A stretch of 47,650 nucleotides of DNA from an uncultured Burkholderiaceae bacterium (GCA_964353935.1 CAYGXL010000001.1:1-47650), one strand, 5' to 3'; shown: positions 1-11,811, numbered from the stretch's first letter. A program made the numbers and translations. The notes: a model not told the origin generated them from the letters alone.

Positions 1-33
1 CGGCAGTCAGAGCCTCCGGCTGATTGAGCACGA

Positions 34-939
34 ATGACAGCGACCTCGGAACGCGCGCTGCACCGCCGCGCCGTCATCCTGATGGTGATCGCGCCGACGC
101 TGTGGAGCATCGCCGGCGTCGTCACGCGTCACCTGTCGCCGGAGCTGCAGGCCAACGGGCGGTTCGAGATCACGTTCTGGCGGAGCTTCTTCGCGGCGCT
201 CACCGTCGCAGGGTTCCTGCTCTTCGTCCGGCGCGACTTCGTGGGCTCGATCCGCCGCGCCGGCGCCCCGGGGCTGCTGTCCGGGGCGATGTGGGCGACG
301 ATGTTCGTCTGCTTCATGCTGGCGCTGACGCTCACGTCGACGGCGAACACGCTGATCGTTCTCGCCGTCGCGCCGCTGACGACGGCGTTTCTCGCGTGGG
401 CGGTGCTGCGCTCGCCCATCGCCCCGCGCACCTGGCTGGCGATCGGCATCGCGATGGCTGGAATCGTGTGGATGTTCGCCGGCAGCCTGCGGATCGAGTC
501 ACGCGCGAGCGTGCTCGGCATGCTGATCGCGTTCGGGGCTCCGGTGGCGTCGGCGATCAACGTGGTGATCCTGAAGAAGCGTGGGCAGGGGGTCGACCTG
601 GTTCCCGCCGTGTTCCTCGGGGGAGTCTTTTCAGCCGTGCTGATGCTGCCGCTGGCCGTGCCATCTATCGCGACCGCGGCGGACATCGCGCTGCTCGCGC
701 TGCTCGGCTTCGCCCAGCTCGGGCTGCCGTGCATGCTGCTGGTGATCGCCGCGCGCCACCTCGCGGCGACGGAAGTGGCGCTCCTGGCGCTGCTGGAAGT
801 CGTGCTTGGGCCGCTGTGGGCCTGGCTGGGCGCGGGCGAGGTCCCGGCGACCACGACGATCGCCGGCGGCGCGCTGGTGCTCGCCGCGCTCCTCATCAAT
901 GAACTCGCGGCGAGGCGATTGCAGCCTGCCGCGTCCTAG
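34..939 (+). CDS. EamA/DMT-family inner-membrane transporter
   Basis: 301-aa ORF with ATG at 34. It is hydrophobic throughout, with about 10 predicted helices in a two-repeat EamA-like layout. The competing frames (24..902 +, 129..899 -) are Arg/Ala-rich with no protein-like pattern. Confidence 0.7.
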   Translation: MTATSERALHRRAVILMVIAPTLWSIAGVVTRHLSPELQANGRFEITFWRSFFAALTVAGFLLFVRRDFVGSIRRAGAPGLLSGAMWATMFVCFMLALTLTSTANTLIVLAVAPLTTAFLAWAVLRSPIAPRTWLAIGIAMAGIVWMFAGSLRIESRASVLGMLIAFGAPVASAINVVILKKRGQGVDLVPAVFLGGVFSAVLMLPLAVPSIATAADIALLALLGFAQLGLPCMLLVIAARHLAATEVALLALLEVVLGPLWAWLGAGEVPATTTIAGGALVLAALLINELAARRLQPAAS

Positions 940-990
940 CGCGGCGCCTCCGGGAAGACCTCGCTTGCGACGAAGCGCCGGAAGCGATGG

Positions 991-1824
991 GTGAACTGCC
1001 TGGCAAGCGGCGGGATGGCCAGCGGCGATAATGCGGCTGCGATGAACATTGCTGCCTCCTCAGCCCCGTTGCCGGTCCGCTCGGTGGACCTCTTCCGCCC
1101 GCTCGCCTGGCTTGCGGCGGGCTGGCGTGATTTCGTGCGCAGCCCGCTGGCGGGCCTGGTCCATGGCGGCTTCGTTGCGCTGGGCGGCTGGGTCGTCGGG
1201 CTGGCCTCGCTCCGCTTCGGCTGGGTGGCTCCCGGGGCCTTCTCCGGCTTCGTGATCCTCGGCCCGATCCTCGTCACCGGGCTCTACGAGATCAGCCGCC
1301 TGCACGCGCGAGGACAGGCAGCCGGGATGCGGGAAGCCGTTGCCGCCTGGCGGCGCGGCACCGCTCCCCTGGTGTGGCTCGGACTGCTGCTCGCCGCGCT
1401 CGGCACGATGTGGGTCCTGGTCTCGGCGCTGCTGTTCACGCTGTTCGCTCCCGCACCGCTGCGCGGACCGCTCGAGTTTGTCCGGTATGCGTTCGTGGAG
1501 CAGGGGGAAGTCCTGTTTGCCATGTGGGCTGCGCTCGGCGGCATGGGAGTGGCTGTCGTCTTTGCCGTGACCGCCGTATCGCCGCCGCTGCTGCTCGGCC
1601 GGCGCGTGGGTTTCCGCCAGGCCCTGCTGACCAGCGTGCGCGCCGTCGGCGAGAACCCCGGACCGATGACCCTGTGGGCGATCGTGATCCTCGTGGCCAC
1701 CTCGGCATCGATCGTCACGGGCATGCTCGGATTCCTCGTCACGGTGCCGGTGCTCGGCCACGCCAGCTGGCACGCGTACCGCGACCTGGTCGATGCGGAG
1801 GGCGCGCCGCTGCGCCACCCCTGA
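991..1824 (+). CDS. DUF2189-type integral membrane protein
   Basis: 277-aa ORF from GTG 991; in-frame ATG alternatives at 1015 and 1042. It has multiple TM helices, and the N-terminal LAWLAAGWRDF and GPILVTGLYEISR segments resemble the DUF2189 family as I recall it. The start codon is uncertain. Confidence 0.65.
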   Translation: MNCLASGGMASGDNAAAMNIAASSAPLPVRSVDLFRPLAWLAAGWRDFVRSPLAGLVHGGFVALGGWVVGLASLRFGWVAPGAFSGFVILGPILVTGLYEISRLHARGQAAGMREAVAAWRRGTAPLVWLGLLLAALGTMWVLVSALLFTLFAPAPLRGPLEFVRYAFVEQGEVLFAMWAALGGMGVAVVFAVTAVSPPLLLGRRVGFRQALLTSVRAVGENPGPMTLWAIVILVATSASIVTGMLGFLVTVPVLGHASWHAYRDLVDAEGAPLRHP

Positions 1825-1826
1825 CG

Positions 1827-2048
1827 ATGGACGGTACGGTCTTCGGCCTGACCGAGCAGCGCATCGCAGAGCTCGGGCTCACCTGGGGCATCGGCGGTTT
1901 CATCCTGCTGATGCTCGTGATCATCTGGAACCTGGCGCGCGAGTCGAAGGCGGGCAAGTTCGGCACCTTCATCCTGTTCTTCGTGCTTTCCTTCGGCATC
2001 CTCGGCTTTGCGATGAAGTCCCTGATCCAGTGGCTGATGAACCTGTGA
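1827..2048 (+). CDS. DUF2788-like small membrane protein (73 aa)
   Basis: ATG at 1827 lies 2 nt after the preceding stop. The product MDGTVFGLTEQRIAELGLTWGIGGFILLMLVIIWNLARESKAGKFGTFILFFVLSFGILGFAMKSLIQWLMNL has two TM helices flanking a KAGKFG loop. The 224-aa track ORF 1374..2048 is an upstream read-through of this frame. Confidence 0.6.
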   Translation: MDGTVFGLTEQRIAELGLTWGIGGFILLMLVIIWNLARESKAGKFGTFILFFVLSFGILGFAMKSLIQWLMNL

Positions 2049-2087
2049 CCCCGATAATGGCGATCCGCTCGCCCGTGAACTGATCCG

Positions 2088-3098
<1,011 letters not shown>

Positions 3099-3587
3099 TC
3101 AGCCGCTGCATTCCCGCGCGACTTCCGACTCGCGCCGCTTGATGTCGGACTCTGCCTTTTCGATCTTCTCCGGAGTCGACGGGCGGGCGTTCAGTTCACC
3201 CCGCGAAGCCCTGGATCGTTCAAGTTCGCGCCGAGCGTTCTCGCAGCGCTCCTTCGCCTTGGCGTCGGCTTTCGCGCGCTCGTCCACCTGCTTCCGGTCG
3301 CGTGCTTCCTGCTGGGCCTGCTCCTTGTCGACCTGCTTCGCGGCCGCGCCTTCCTTGCGGGCGCGCTCCTGCGCGGCCTTCCTGTCGTCCACCCTGATCG
3401 GCGGCTCGGTGTTGACCTTGCGCACCGGCGTCGTCCCCGAGGGGCACGCCGTATTGGAGTAGGTAACGCGCCCGTCCTTCGACTCGCAGCGCTGGATGAC
3501 GTCGGATTGCGCGCCGGCGATCGTGGCGCAGGCCAGTGCCAGGCCGGTGAACAGCAGTCGAGCTACGGGAGCGAAAACGAGCGACAT
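3099..3587 (-). CDS. DUF4124-like secreted protein with charged coiled-coil tail
   Basis: 162 aa. It has a signal peptide (LLFTGLALACATIAGA), then CESKDGRVTYSNTACP resembling the DUF4124 core, then a K/E/R/A-rich C-terminal half. Confidence 0.6.
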   Translation of the reverse strand: MSLVFAPVARLLFTGLALACATIAGAQSDVIQRCESKDGRVTYSNTACPSGTTPVRKVNTEPPIRVDDRKAAQERARKEGAAAKQVDKEQAQQEARDRKQVDERAKADAKAKERCENARRELERSRASRGELNARPSTPEKIEKAESDIKRRESEVARECSG

Positions 3588-3630
3588 GGCGTCAGTCTAG
3601 CCAACGCCATGCCGGAAGTGACCACGACTC

Positions 3631-4707
3631 CTACTGCGCTGCGACTCCGATCGCCTGGCGCACCGCGTCGGCGGCCGTCTTGTTGAAGCGGTACTGGTAG
3701 TCGTAGATCTTGGCGCCGGCCTCGTACAGCTTGCCGGGACGCACGCCGGGCGTGCCCTTGGTCGGCTGGACGAAGGCGATGCGGGCGGACTCCCGCTCCA
3801 CGTTGGAGACACCGGTGTCGAGCGGGTCCACGAGCGCCGGGAACGACAGCACGACGGCCTTCGTGCCGCCGACGGTTCGCTCTTCCCACTTGCCTTCGGC
3901 CGCGACTTCCGTGCTGGTGCGGTCGCAGAACAGGGTGCCGGTCTTCGCCGGGAACAACTGCACGGAGCCGGCGCCCTTGGCGCCGGGCTTGAAGAACATC
4001 GCATAGGGCTTGGCGCCATTGCGGTCTTCGTACGCGAGGCAGTACGGGATCTGCTTGGAGAAGTTGCCGACGAACTGCATCGTGTCGGTCGCGCCCGTGA
4101 ACGACTCCTTCGACGGCAGTACGAGCACGTCGTCGACGAAACGCGCTACGACGAGGTAGGCGCTCGAATTGGCCGGGAAGCGCGCGCTGGCGGCCTTGGC
4201 TGCTTCCTGCTTCGGGTAGTTGTCCGGGGTGCGCAGGAAGGGCTGGATCGGCATGCCGCTGACGTCGAACGGTTGCAGCGTGACGGCGATGCGCAACGGG
4301 TTGTCGGCGGCCGAATACACGAGGTACACGCTGCCATCGGGGGCCGGGATCGCGAAGTTCGGCCGTCCGGCCGAGCGACGCTCGCCGTTGAGAACGAAGC
4401 TGCCGACATCGATGTGGCCGTTGAGCGATCCGGTTTTCGCGTCGTTGCTCGTTTCGGTCAGCGCGTGTCGGTTGCCCTCTCCGGGCGTTGCGCTCGCCTT
4501 GAGGTTCGCGATACGGGAGCCGTAGATGTAGAAGAGGCCGTCGCCCTTCAGCGCCTCGATCGCGGGCTGGTTGACCGGCTTGGCGCCCGGAACCGGCACC
4601 GGCTGGCGCAGCGGCCCGTAAGTCGGCACCTGTTCCTGTTGGGCGAGCGCCGTCGAACTGGCGACCAGGGCTGCTGCGGCGATCCAAAGCTTGGTTTTCG
4701 TTGTCAT
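3631..4707 (-). CDS. hypothetical secreted protein (signal peptide, no recognisable family)
   Basis: 358 aa. The N-terminus MTTKTKLWIAAAALVASSTALA/QQ looks like a Sec signal, and the rest has balanced globular composition. The alternative 395-aa ORF 3563..4750 in another frame is Arg/Gly-rich and rejected. Confidence 0.6.
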   Translation of the reverse strand: MTTKTKLWIAAAALVASSTALAQQEQVPTYGPLRQPVPVPGAKPVNQPAIEALKGDGLFYIYGSRIANLKASATPGEGNRHALTETSNDAKTGSLNGHIDVGSFVLNGERRSAGRPNFAIPAPDGSVYLVYSAADNPLRIAVTLQPFDVSGMPIQPFLRTPDNYPKQEAAKAASARFPANSSAYLVVARFVDDVLVLPSKESFTGATDTMQFVGNFSKQIPYCLAYEDRNGAKPYAMFFKPGAKGAGSVQLFPAKTGTLFCDRTSTEVAAEGKWEERTVGGTKAVVLSFPALVDPLDTGVSNVERESARIAFVQPTKGTPGVRPGKLYEAGAKIYDYQYRFNKTAADAVRQAIGVAAQ

Positions 4708-4827
4708 GCGTTCCTCTGAGGCTCCCTTGATGTGGCTGCATGGTATCCAAAGGGCAACCGTCGTCCGATCCGAAGAATGGAGGCGGCGTCTCCCGTGAAA
4801 GCGGGACTCAAGTTTCCAGCTCGCGTC

Positions 4828-6227
4828 CTAGACCACTTTGCCCGGATTCATGATCCCGAGCGGGTCCAGGGTCTCCTTCAGGCGGCGCATCAGCGCGAGT
4901 TCGACCGGCGACTTGTAACGCCGGTTCTCCACGCGCTTCAGTTGCCCGATCCCGTGCTCGGCGGAGATGGATCCGGCGTGCCGGGCCACCTGGTCGTGCA
5001 CCAGGCGATAGACCGCCGGCTGGCGCGCGATGAACTCCGCGTCGGACGCGCCCACCGGCGGACTGACGTTGTAGTGGAGGTTTCCATCGCCCAGATGTCC
5101 GAAGATGACCATGCGGATGCCGGGCAACTGCTGCGCCAGCAGCGCGTTGGTCTCGGCCACGAAGCGGGCGATGGCCGAGATCGGGACGGCGATGTCGTGC
5201 TTGATGTTCAGGCCTTCGGCGGCCTGGGCCTCCGAGATGAACTCGCGCAGGGCCCACAGGCTGCGCGCCTGTGCAACCGACTGCGCCAGCGCGGCGTCGG
5301 TCGCGAGGTCCCGTTCGATGGCCTGCTCCGCGACCGCCTGCAGCAGCGCCGCCGCGTGCGCGTCGCTCTCGTGGTCGCTCAGCTGCAGCAGCGCGTAGTA
5401 GGGCGAGCGGTCGGCCAGCGGCGACCGGTGCGGCGCAAAGTGCCGCTCGACCAGTTCCAGGCACAGGTCGGAGAACAGCTCGAAGCCCGTCAGTGCCGGA
5501 CCGGCCATCGACTGCGCCACTTCCAGGAGCGCCAGCGCCGCCTCCACCGAGCGCACCGCGAGCAGCGCCGTCCCTTCGCCCCGAGGCATCGGGAACGTCT
5601 TCAGGCAGGCCGCGGTGATCACGCCGAGCGTGCCTTCCGCGCCGATGAAGAGGTCGCGCAGGTCGTAGCCGGTGTTGTCCTTGCGCAGTCCGCGCAGGCC
5701 GTCCCACAACTCGCCCGAGGGCAGCACGACCTCGAGCCCGAGTGCCAGCTCGCGCGCGTTGCCGTAGCGCAGGACCTGCGTGCCGCCGGCGTTGGTCGAC
5801 AGGTTGCCGCCGATCGTGGCAGTGCCCTGTGCGGCGAGGGACAGCGGAAACAGGCGCCCGGCCTCGGCAGCGGCTTCCTGCACGCGCTGCAGCGGACAGC
5901 CGGCTTCGACCGTTATCGTGTTGTTGACCGGGTCGACGGCGCGCACGCGATTCATGCGGCCCAGCGACAGCAGGATCGCGCGGCCGGTGTCGTCGGGCGT
6001 GCCGCCGCCGACGAGGCCGGTGTTGCCGCCCTGCGGCACGATCGGCGCGCGTGCCTGCACGCACAGCCTCACCACAGCGGCGACTTCGTCCGTGGTGGCG
6101 GGCCGCACGACGGCCTGCGTGCGGCCGGTGTAGCGCTTGCGCCAGTCCGTGAGATACGGCGCCGTGTCGACGGACTCCGTCAGCACGTTGGCCTGGCCGA
6201 CCGTTGCTTTCAGCTGCTCGACGAGGT

Positions 6228-6231
<4 letters not shown>
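4828..6231 (-). CDS. FAD-linked oxidoreductase of the GlcD / D-lactate / D-2-hydroxyglutarate dehydrogenase family
   Basis: The region VNLVEQLKATVG...VVRPATTDEVAAVVRLCVQARAPIVPQGGNTGLVGGGTP is the FAD_binding_4 signature, and the C-terminus ISAEHGIGQLK...DPLGIMNPGKV is the FAD-oxidase C-terminal signature. I chose GTG 6231, which overlaps the upstream stop as GTGA. The 564-aa track ORF extends upstream into Arg-rich nonsense. Confidence 0.85.
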
Positions 6232-7231
<1,000 letters not shown>

Positions 7232-7276
7232 TTATAGGAACCGCTGCTTCGCCCTCCCGCCCTCCGACCTTCCCCG

Positions 7277-8530
7277 ATGCGCTTGCCCTTCGCCGATACG
7301 TTCGACCGCCACCCGCGCCTGCGCCGCGCACGCGAGGTGCTGTCGTTCGCGGGTGCGCGGGCGCGCGACGTCCGCATGGGGCAGGTCGCCGGCAGCCTGA
7401 CGTTCGCGACGATGCTGTCGGTGGTGCCGATCTTCGCGGTCGCGCTGGCGCTCTTCACCACGTTCCCGCTGTTCGCGCGGTTCCGCGGCGAACTGGAGAA
7501 CTTCCTTCTCAAGGTGCTCCCGGGCCAGATCTCGGGCACCGTGCTGCGCTACGTGAACGAGTTCGCGGCGCAGGCGACGGAACTGACGGCCGTCGGCCTG
7601 GCGTTCCTCGCCGTCACGGCGCTCTCGATGATCGTCACGGTGGACCGGGTCCTGAACGACATCTGGCGCGTCCGCGACCGCCGGCCGTTCGGTCAGCGCG
7701 TGCTGATCTACTGGGCCATCCTGTCGCTGGGCCCCCTGGTGATCGGCGCGAGCCTGAGCGCCAGTTCGTTCCTGTGGTCGCAGTCGGCCGAAACCGTGCG
7801 GCAGCTGCCGCGGCTGCTGCGCCACCTGCTCGACTACGCGCCGGTGGTGCTCACCGGCCTTTCGTACGCGGCGCTCTACGTGTTCGTCCCCAATCGCAGC
7901 GTCTCCTGGCGCGACGCCCTGATCGGGGGCTTCATCGCCGCCATCCTCGCGGCGTTGGTCAAGGGTGCCTTCGGGGTGTTCGTGTCGCGCGGCGTCGTGC
8001 GATCGGTCTACGGTGCGTTCGCGGCGCTGCCGTTCTTCCTGATCTGGGTGTACCTCGCGTGGTACGTGCTGCTGTTCGGTGCGGCGATCGCCGCGACGCT
8101 GCCGCGGCTGCGCGCAACGCGCTTCTCGGACGAGTCGCGCGCGGGCAACCAGTTCGTCAGCGCCGTGGCGCTGCTGAAGGCTTTGTTCGACGCGAAGCGG
8201 GATGGCCGGTCAGCGCTGCCCACCAGCGAACTCGCGCGCGCCGTACGCACGCCGATGGACGAGGCCGAACTGCTGCTCGAGTCGCTCGAACGGCTGGGCT
8301 ATGTGAGGCGCGCGGCCGCTACATTGAATGGGCGGGCGCGGGAGCAGGACTGGCTGCTCGTCTGCGACACCAGGACGATGACGCTCGCACCGGCTTTCGG
8401 CCGCTTCGCGGTCGATCCGACCAACACGCTGTTGTCGGTGGCATCGGTTGGACTGGAGCCCGTCTGCCGGCGTTGGTCGGAGGCGGAGTGGCTCAAGGCG
8501 CCGATGGAGGAGTCGCTCGGTCCTGGCTAG
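7277..8530 (+). CDS. YihY/BrkB-family inner membrane protein with C-terminal soluble extension
   Basis: 417 aa. The segment GSLTFATMLSVVPIFAVALALFTTFP...VDRVLNDIWRV...YWAILSLGPL is characteristic of the YihY family. The last ~110 aa are non-membrane and look winged-helix-like. Confidence 0.8.
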   Translation: MRLPFADTFDRHPRLRRAREVLSFAGARARDVRMGQVAGSLTFATMLSVVPIFAVALALFTTFPLFARFRGELENFLLKVLPGQISGTVLRYVNEFAAQATELTAVGLAFLAVTALSMIVTVDRVLNDIWRVRDRRPFGQRVLIYWAILSLGPLVIGASLSASSFLWSQSAETVRQLPRLLRHLLDYAPVVLTGLSYAALYVFVPNRSVSWRDALIGGFIAAILAALVKGAFGVFVSRGVVRSVYGAFAALPFFLIWVYLAWYVLLFGAAIAATLPRLRATRFSDESRAGNQFVSAVALLKALFDAKRDGRSALPTSELARAVRTPMDEAELLLESLERLGYVRRAAATLNGRAREQDWLLVCDTRTMTLAPAFGRFAVDPTNTLLSVASVGLEPVCRRWSEAEWLKAPMEESLGPG

Positions 8531-8564
8531 GCCGCGAGCCGCGGAGGGTTCCCTTCGAGGCAGG

Positions 8565-8801
8565 TCAGGGCAACGGCCCGATCCGGGACAGCAGGCAGCG
8601 CCGGTTGCGGACCGCGCTGAGCAGGGCTTCGATGCCGAGGCCGCCGATGACAACGGCGGCCAGCACGGCGCCGACCGACAGGTCGTTCCGGGACGTCACC
8701 AGGATGGCGACTGCGACACCCACGAAGAACACGCCGATCACGAACGCCGCGCCGCGCTCCCGCGTGACCTGGCGCTGCGCCGGGCTCCGGTTGTCGCTCA
8801 T
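8565..8801 (-). CDS. hypothetical small membrane protein (78 aa, 2 TM)
   Basis: The ORF has two clear hydrophobic helices (AAFVIGVFFVGVAVAILV and VGAVLAAVVIGGLGIEALL) and sits 94 nt downstream of the LysE gene. I recognise no homology, so the call rests on composition only. Confidence 0.35.
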   Translation of the reverse strand: MSDNRSPAQRQVTRERGAAFVIGVFFVGVAVAILVTSRNDLSVGAVLAAVVIGGLGIEALLSAVRNRRCLLSRIGPLP

Positions 8802-8895
8802 GCGGGACGGGCCGTGCAGCGCAGGGCAAATGAAGTGCTCATCGTGGACCTCTGGATCGAGCGGCGGGCACCGATCTTACGGCCGCCGACGCTGG

Positions 8896-9537
8896 TCAGG
8901 TCACGCTGAGCACGAGCGCCGCCGCGCCGAGCACCAGCACGCCGGCGGCGCGCTCGGTAAAGCGGGCAAACCGCGGATCACTGGTCAGCCGCGCCGCGCG
9001 CGAAGCGAGGTAGCCGTAGCCGCCAAGGATGAAGAACTCAGGAACGATCGAGCCCGCAGCGAGCCATGCCATCTGCGGGCCGACCGGCAGCTTCGGGTCG
9101 ACGAACTGCGGCAGGATCGACGCAAAGAACACCAGGGTCTTCGGGTTGGCGAGTTGCAGCGTCAGCCCGGACAGGTAGATCGCGCGCGGCGCGCCGCCGG
9201 AGCGCTCGTCGCGGGTCACGGCGATGGGCGAGGGCCGCCCGAACAGCGCCGACAGCCCGATGTAGACCAGGTAGGCCGCGCCGAGCCACTTCACGGCGAT
9301 GAAGAAAGTCTTCGATGTCACCAGCACCGCGCCGAGCGCCGTCGCCGAGATCGCGAAGTAGATCGCGTTGGCGCTGAGGATCCCGAGCGTGGCGTGGATC
9401 GACTTGCGCGCCCCGTAGGTCAGGCCGCAGGCGATCACCAGCATGACGGCGGGACCGGGCGACAGCGACAGCGCCACCTCGGCCAGCACGTACAGCCAGA
9501 AGGTGTCCCAGTTGACCGCGTTGACCCAATGGGCCAC
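8896..9537 (-). CDS. LysE/RhtB-family amino-acid exporter
   Basis: 213 aa. The N-terminal ...LSLSPGPAVMLV... PGP motif and six-helix layout are typical of LysE/RhtB translocators. GTG start at 9537, 3 nt after the upstream stop. Confidence 0.8.
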   Translation of the reverse strand: MAHWVNAVNWDTFWLYVLAEVALSLSPGPAVMLVIACGLTYGARKSIHATLGILSANAIYFAISATALGAVLVTSKTFFIAVKWLGAAYLVYIGLSALFGRPSPIAVTRDERSGGAPRAIYLSGLTLQLANPKTLVFFASILPQFVDPKLPVGPQMAWLAAGSIVPEFFILGGYGYLASRAARLTSDPRFARFTERAAGVLVLGAAALVLSVT

Positions 9538-9540
9538 GAG

Positions 9541-10377
9541 CTAGTCCGCGGGCGCTGGGAACGCGCGCCGCGCGAAGTCCACGATGGCGGCGCGCACGCC
9601 GTCCGGGTTCTCGGCCATCAGCGAATGGCCCGAGTGGGGCAGCGTCACGACCTGGGGTGAACGGCAGGCGTCGATCAGAGCCTTCGCCGCGCGCGGCGGC
9701 GTCATCGAGTCAGAACCGCCGAGCACGAACAGCACCGGGCATTGCAGTGATGCCGCCGTTTCGAATCCCGCCGCATAGCGGCTGCAGGCGACGAAGTCCG
9801 TCGGCAGCACGGTGCCGCCGTTGCGTTGCTGGATGCGCTGCATCAGGCGCAGGTTCTGCCACATCGTGGAGAACCCCGGCCCCGGGTTCGAAGGCTTGCG
9901 GTCGAATCCCGCGATCGACGGGCTGTGCGACCAGACGTTGATCATGTCCATCGCTTCGTCCGGCGCCTCGCGGGTGGCGTTCAGCAGCGGCTCGGCGACT
10001 CGCATCGGGAACGCCGTGGCGACGAGTGCGACACCACGGACAACCTCCGGCAGTCGCTTCGCCAGTTCGAGCGCGATCAGCGATCCCATGCTCTGGCCGA
10101 CGGCGATGAACTGGCTGACCCTGGCAGACCGGAGCGCGTCGGCAATGCGGTCGGCGATCGCCTCGACGGTCTCGAGCGCGGGTCCTTCGCTGCGCATGTG
10201 GCCGGGCAGGTCGAGCGCGAGCACACCGTAGCCGTGATGGGCGAGATAGCGGCTCTGCAGGATCCAGACACTGTGATCGTGCTGCGCGCCGTGCAGGAAG
10301 ACGACCGTGGGCTTCGCGGCGTCGAACGTCTTGCCGCCGGTATAGGCGTAGAGGCGGGGCGAGGTCGCGAGGTCCAT
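9541..10377 (-). CDS. alpha/beta-fold hydrolase
   Basis: 278 aa. It has an oxyanion region VVFLHGAQHD, a nucleophile elbow GQSMGS, and a C-terminal HSGHSLM with the catalytic His. Its ATG overlaps the metY stop by 1 nt (TGATG). Confidence 0.8.
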   Translation of the reverse strand: MDLATSPRLYAYTGGKTFDAAKPTVVFLHGAQHDHSVWILQSRYLAHHGYGVLALDLPGHMRSEGPALETVEAIADRIADALRSARVSQFIAVGQSMGSLIALELAKRLPEVVRGVALVATAFPMRVAEPLLNATREAPDEAMDMINVWSHSPSIAGFDRKPSNPGPGFSTMWQNLRLMQRIQQRNGGTVLPTDFVACSRYAAGFETAASLQCPVLFVLGGSDSMTPPRAAKALIDACRSPQVVTLPHSGHSLMAENPDGVRAAIVDFARRAFPAPAD

Positions 10378-11672
10378 CAGCCCACCTTCTGCGCGCGTTT
10401 CAGCGCCTGGGCGAGGTCGTCGAGCAGGTCGGCCGGGTCTTCGAGGCCGACGGACAGGCGGATCGTGCCCTGGGTGATGCCGGCCGCCTCCAACTGCTCG
10501 TCCGGCACCCGGAAGTGGGTCGTCGAAGCGGGGTGGATCACCAGCGATTTCGCGTCACCGACGTTGGCGAGGTGCGAGAACACCTGCAGCGACTCGACGA
10601 AGGCGCGGCCGGCTGCGCGGCTGCCCCTCATGTTGAAGCTGAACACCGCGCCGCATCCGCGCGGCAGCAGGCGCTGCGCGAGCGCGTGGTCCGGATGCGA
10701 GGGCAGTTCGGGGTACGCGACCGACTCGACCGCGGCGTGGCTCGCCAGGAACCCGACCACCTTGCGAGTGTTGTCGACGTGGCGCTGCATCCGAAGCGGC
10801 AGAGTCTCGAGCCCCTGAAGCAGGAAGAAGGCGGTGTGCGGGCTCATGCAGGCGCCGAAGTCGCGCAGCCCCTCGCGCCGGGCGCGCAGCAGGAACGGCG
10901 CGACCGTGCTCTCCTCGGCGAAGTTCATCCCGTGGAAGCCGACGTAAGGCTCGGTGAGCGTCGGGAATCTGCCGCTGGCGAGCCAGTCGAACGTGCCGCC
11001 GTCGATCAGCACGCCGCCGATTGCGACGCCATGGCCGCCGATGAACTTGGTCGCCGAGTGATAGACGAGGTCGGCGCCGTGATCGAACGGCGTCATCAGG
11101 AACGGCGTGGTGAACGTCGAGTCGACCATCAGCGGCAACCCCCGGCGGTGCGCGATGTCCGCAACCGCCGGGATGTCGAGCACGTCGAGCCCCGGGTTGC
11201 CGAGCGTCTCGCCGAACAGCAACTGCGTGTTCGGCCGGATCGACCGCTCCCAGGCGCCGAGGTCGCGCGGGTCGATGAAGGTCGTGTCGATGCCGAAGCG
11301 CGCGAGTGTGTAGCCGAGCAGGTTGTGCGATCCCCCGTACAGCGAGCGGCTGGCCACGATATGCGCGCCGGCGCCCATCAGCGTGGCGATCGCAAGGTGC
11401 AGCGCCGCCTGCCCGCTGGCCGTCGCGATCGCGCCGACGCCTTTCTCGAGTGCCGCCATGCGCTCCTCGAAAACGGCGACGGTCGGGTTCGAGATGCGCG
11501 AATACACGTGGCCGGAGCGCTCCATGTTGAAGAGCGCGGCCGCGTGGTCGGAGTCTTCGAAGACGTACGACGCGGTGGCGTAGATGGGCACTGCGCGGCT
11601 GCCCGTGGTCGGGTCGGGCGGCTGGCCGGCGTGGAGCGCGAGCGTGTCGAAACCTGGATAGCGAACGGGCAT
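10377..11672 (-). CDS. metY: O-acetylhomoserine aminocarboxypropyltransferase / sulfhydrylase (PLP-dependent)
   Basis: 431 aa from ATG 11672. The segments FDTLALHAGQ, YSRISNPT and HSATKFIGGHG (PLP-binding Lys) and the C-terminus RLSVGLEDPADLLDDL match the Cys/Met-metabolism PLP family of the MetY/MetC17 type. The track ORF 10377..11984 over-extends upstream. Confidence 0.9.
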   Translation of the reverse strand: MPVRYPGFDTLALHAGQPPDPTTGSRAVPIYATASYVFEDSDHAAALFNMERSGHVYSRISNPTVAVFEERMAALEKGVGAIATASGQAALHLAIATLMGAGAHIVASRSLYGGSHNLLGYTLARFGIDTTFIDPRDLGAWERSIRPNTQLLFGETLGNPGLDVLDIPAVADIAHRRGLPLMVDSTFTTPFLMTPFDHGADLVYHSATKFIGGHGVAIGGVLIDGGTFDWLASGRFPTLTEPYVGFHGMNFAEESTVAPFLLRARREGLRDFGACMSPHTAFFLLQGLETLPLRMQRHVDNTRKVVGFLASHAAVESVAYPELPSHPDHALAQRLLPRGCGAVFSFNMRGSRAAGRAFVESLQVFSHLANVGDAKSLVIHPASTTHFRVPDEQLEAAGITQGTIRLSVGLEDPADLLDDLAQALKRAQKVG

Positions 11673-11811
11673 GGTGGCAGCCTGGTGCGTCGGAAGCCCG
11701 ATGATGCCAAATCGGGCCGGCCGTATTGCGACCGCACATCGAAATCGCGTGCGTTTGCCATTGCGCATGCGGCCGCACGGGACTAGCGTGGAAGGCAGCG
11801 CAACGCGGCGA

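Noticed and set aside
11673-11811. A possible second SAM-type riboswitch in the metY leader. The minus-strand RNA contains CGAUUU twice, plus AAUACGGC as in the metZ leader.
   Set aside because: I could not build a P1/P2 pseudoknot with the GCUU:AAGC pairing or a terminator. The shared strings are short and could arise by chance. It needs a covariance-model scan before any claim.
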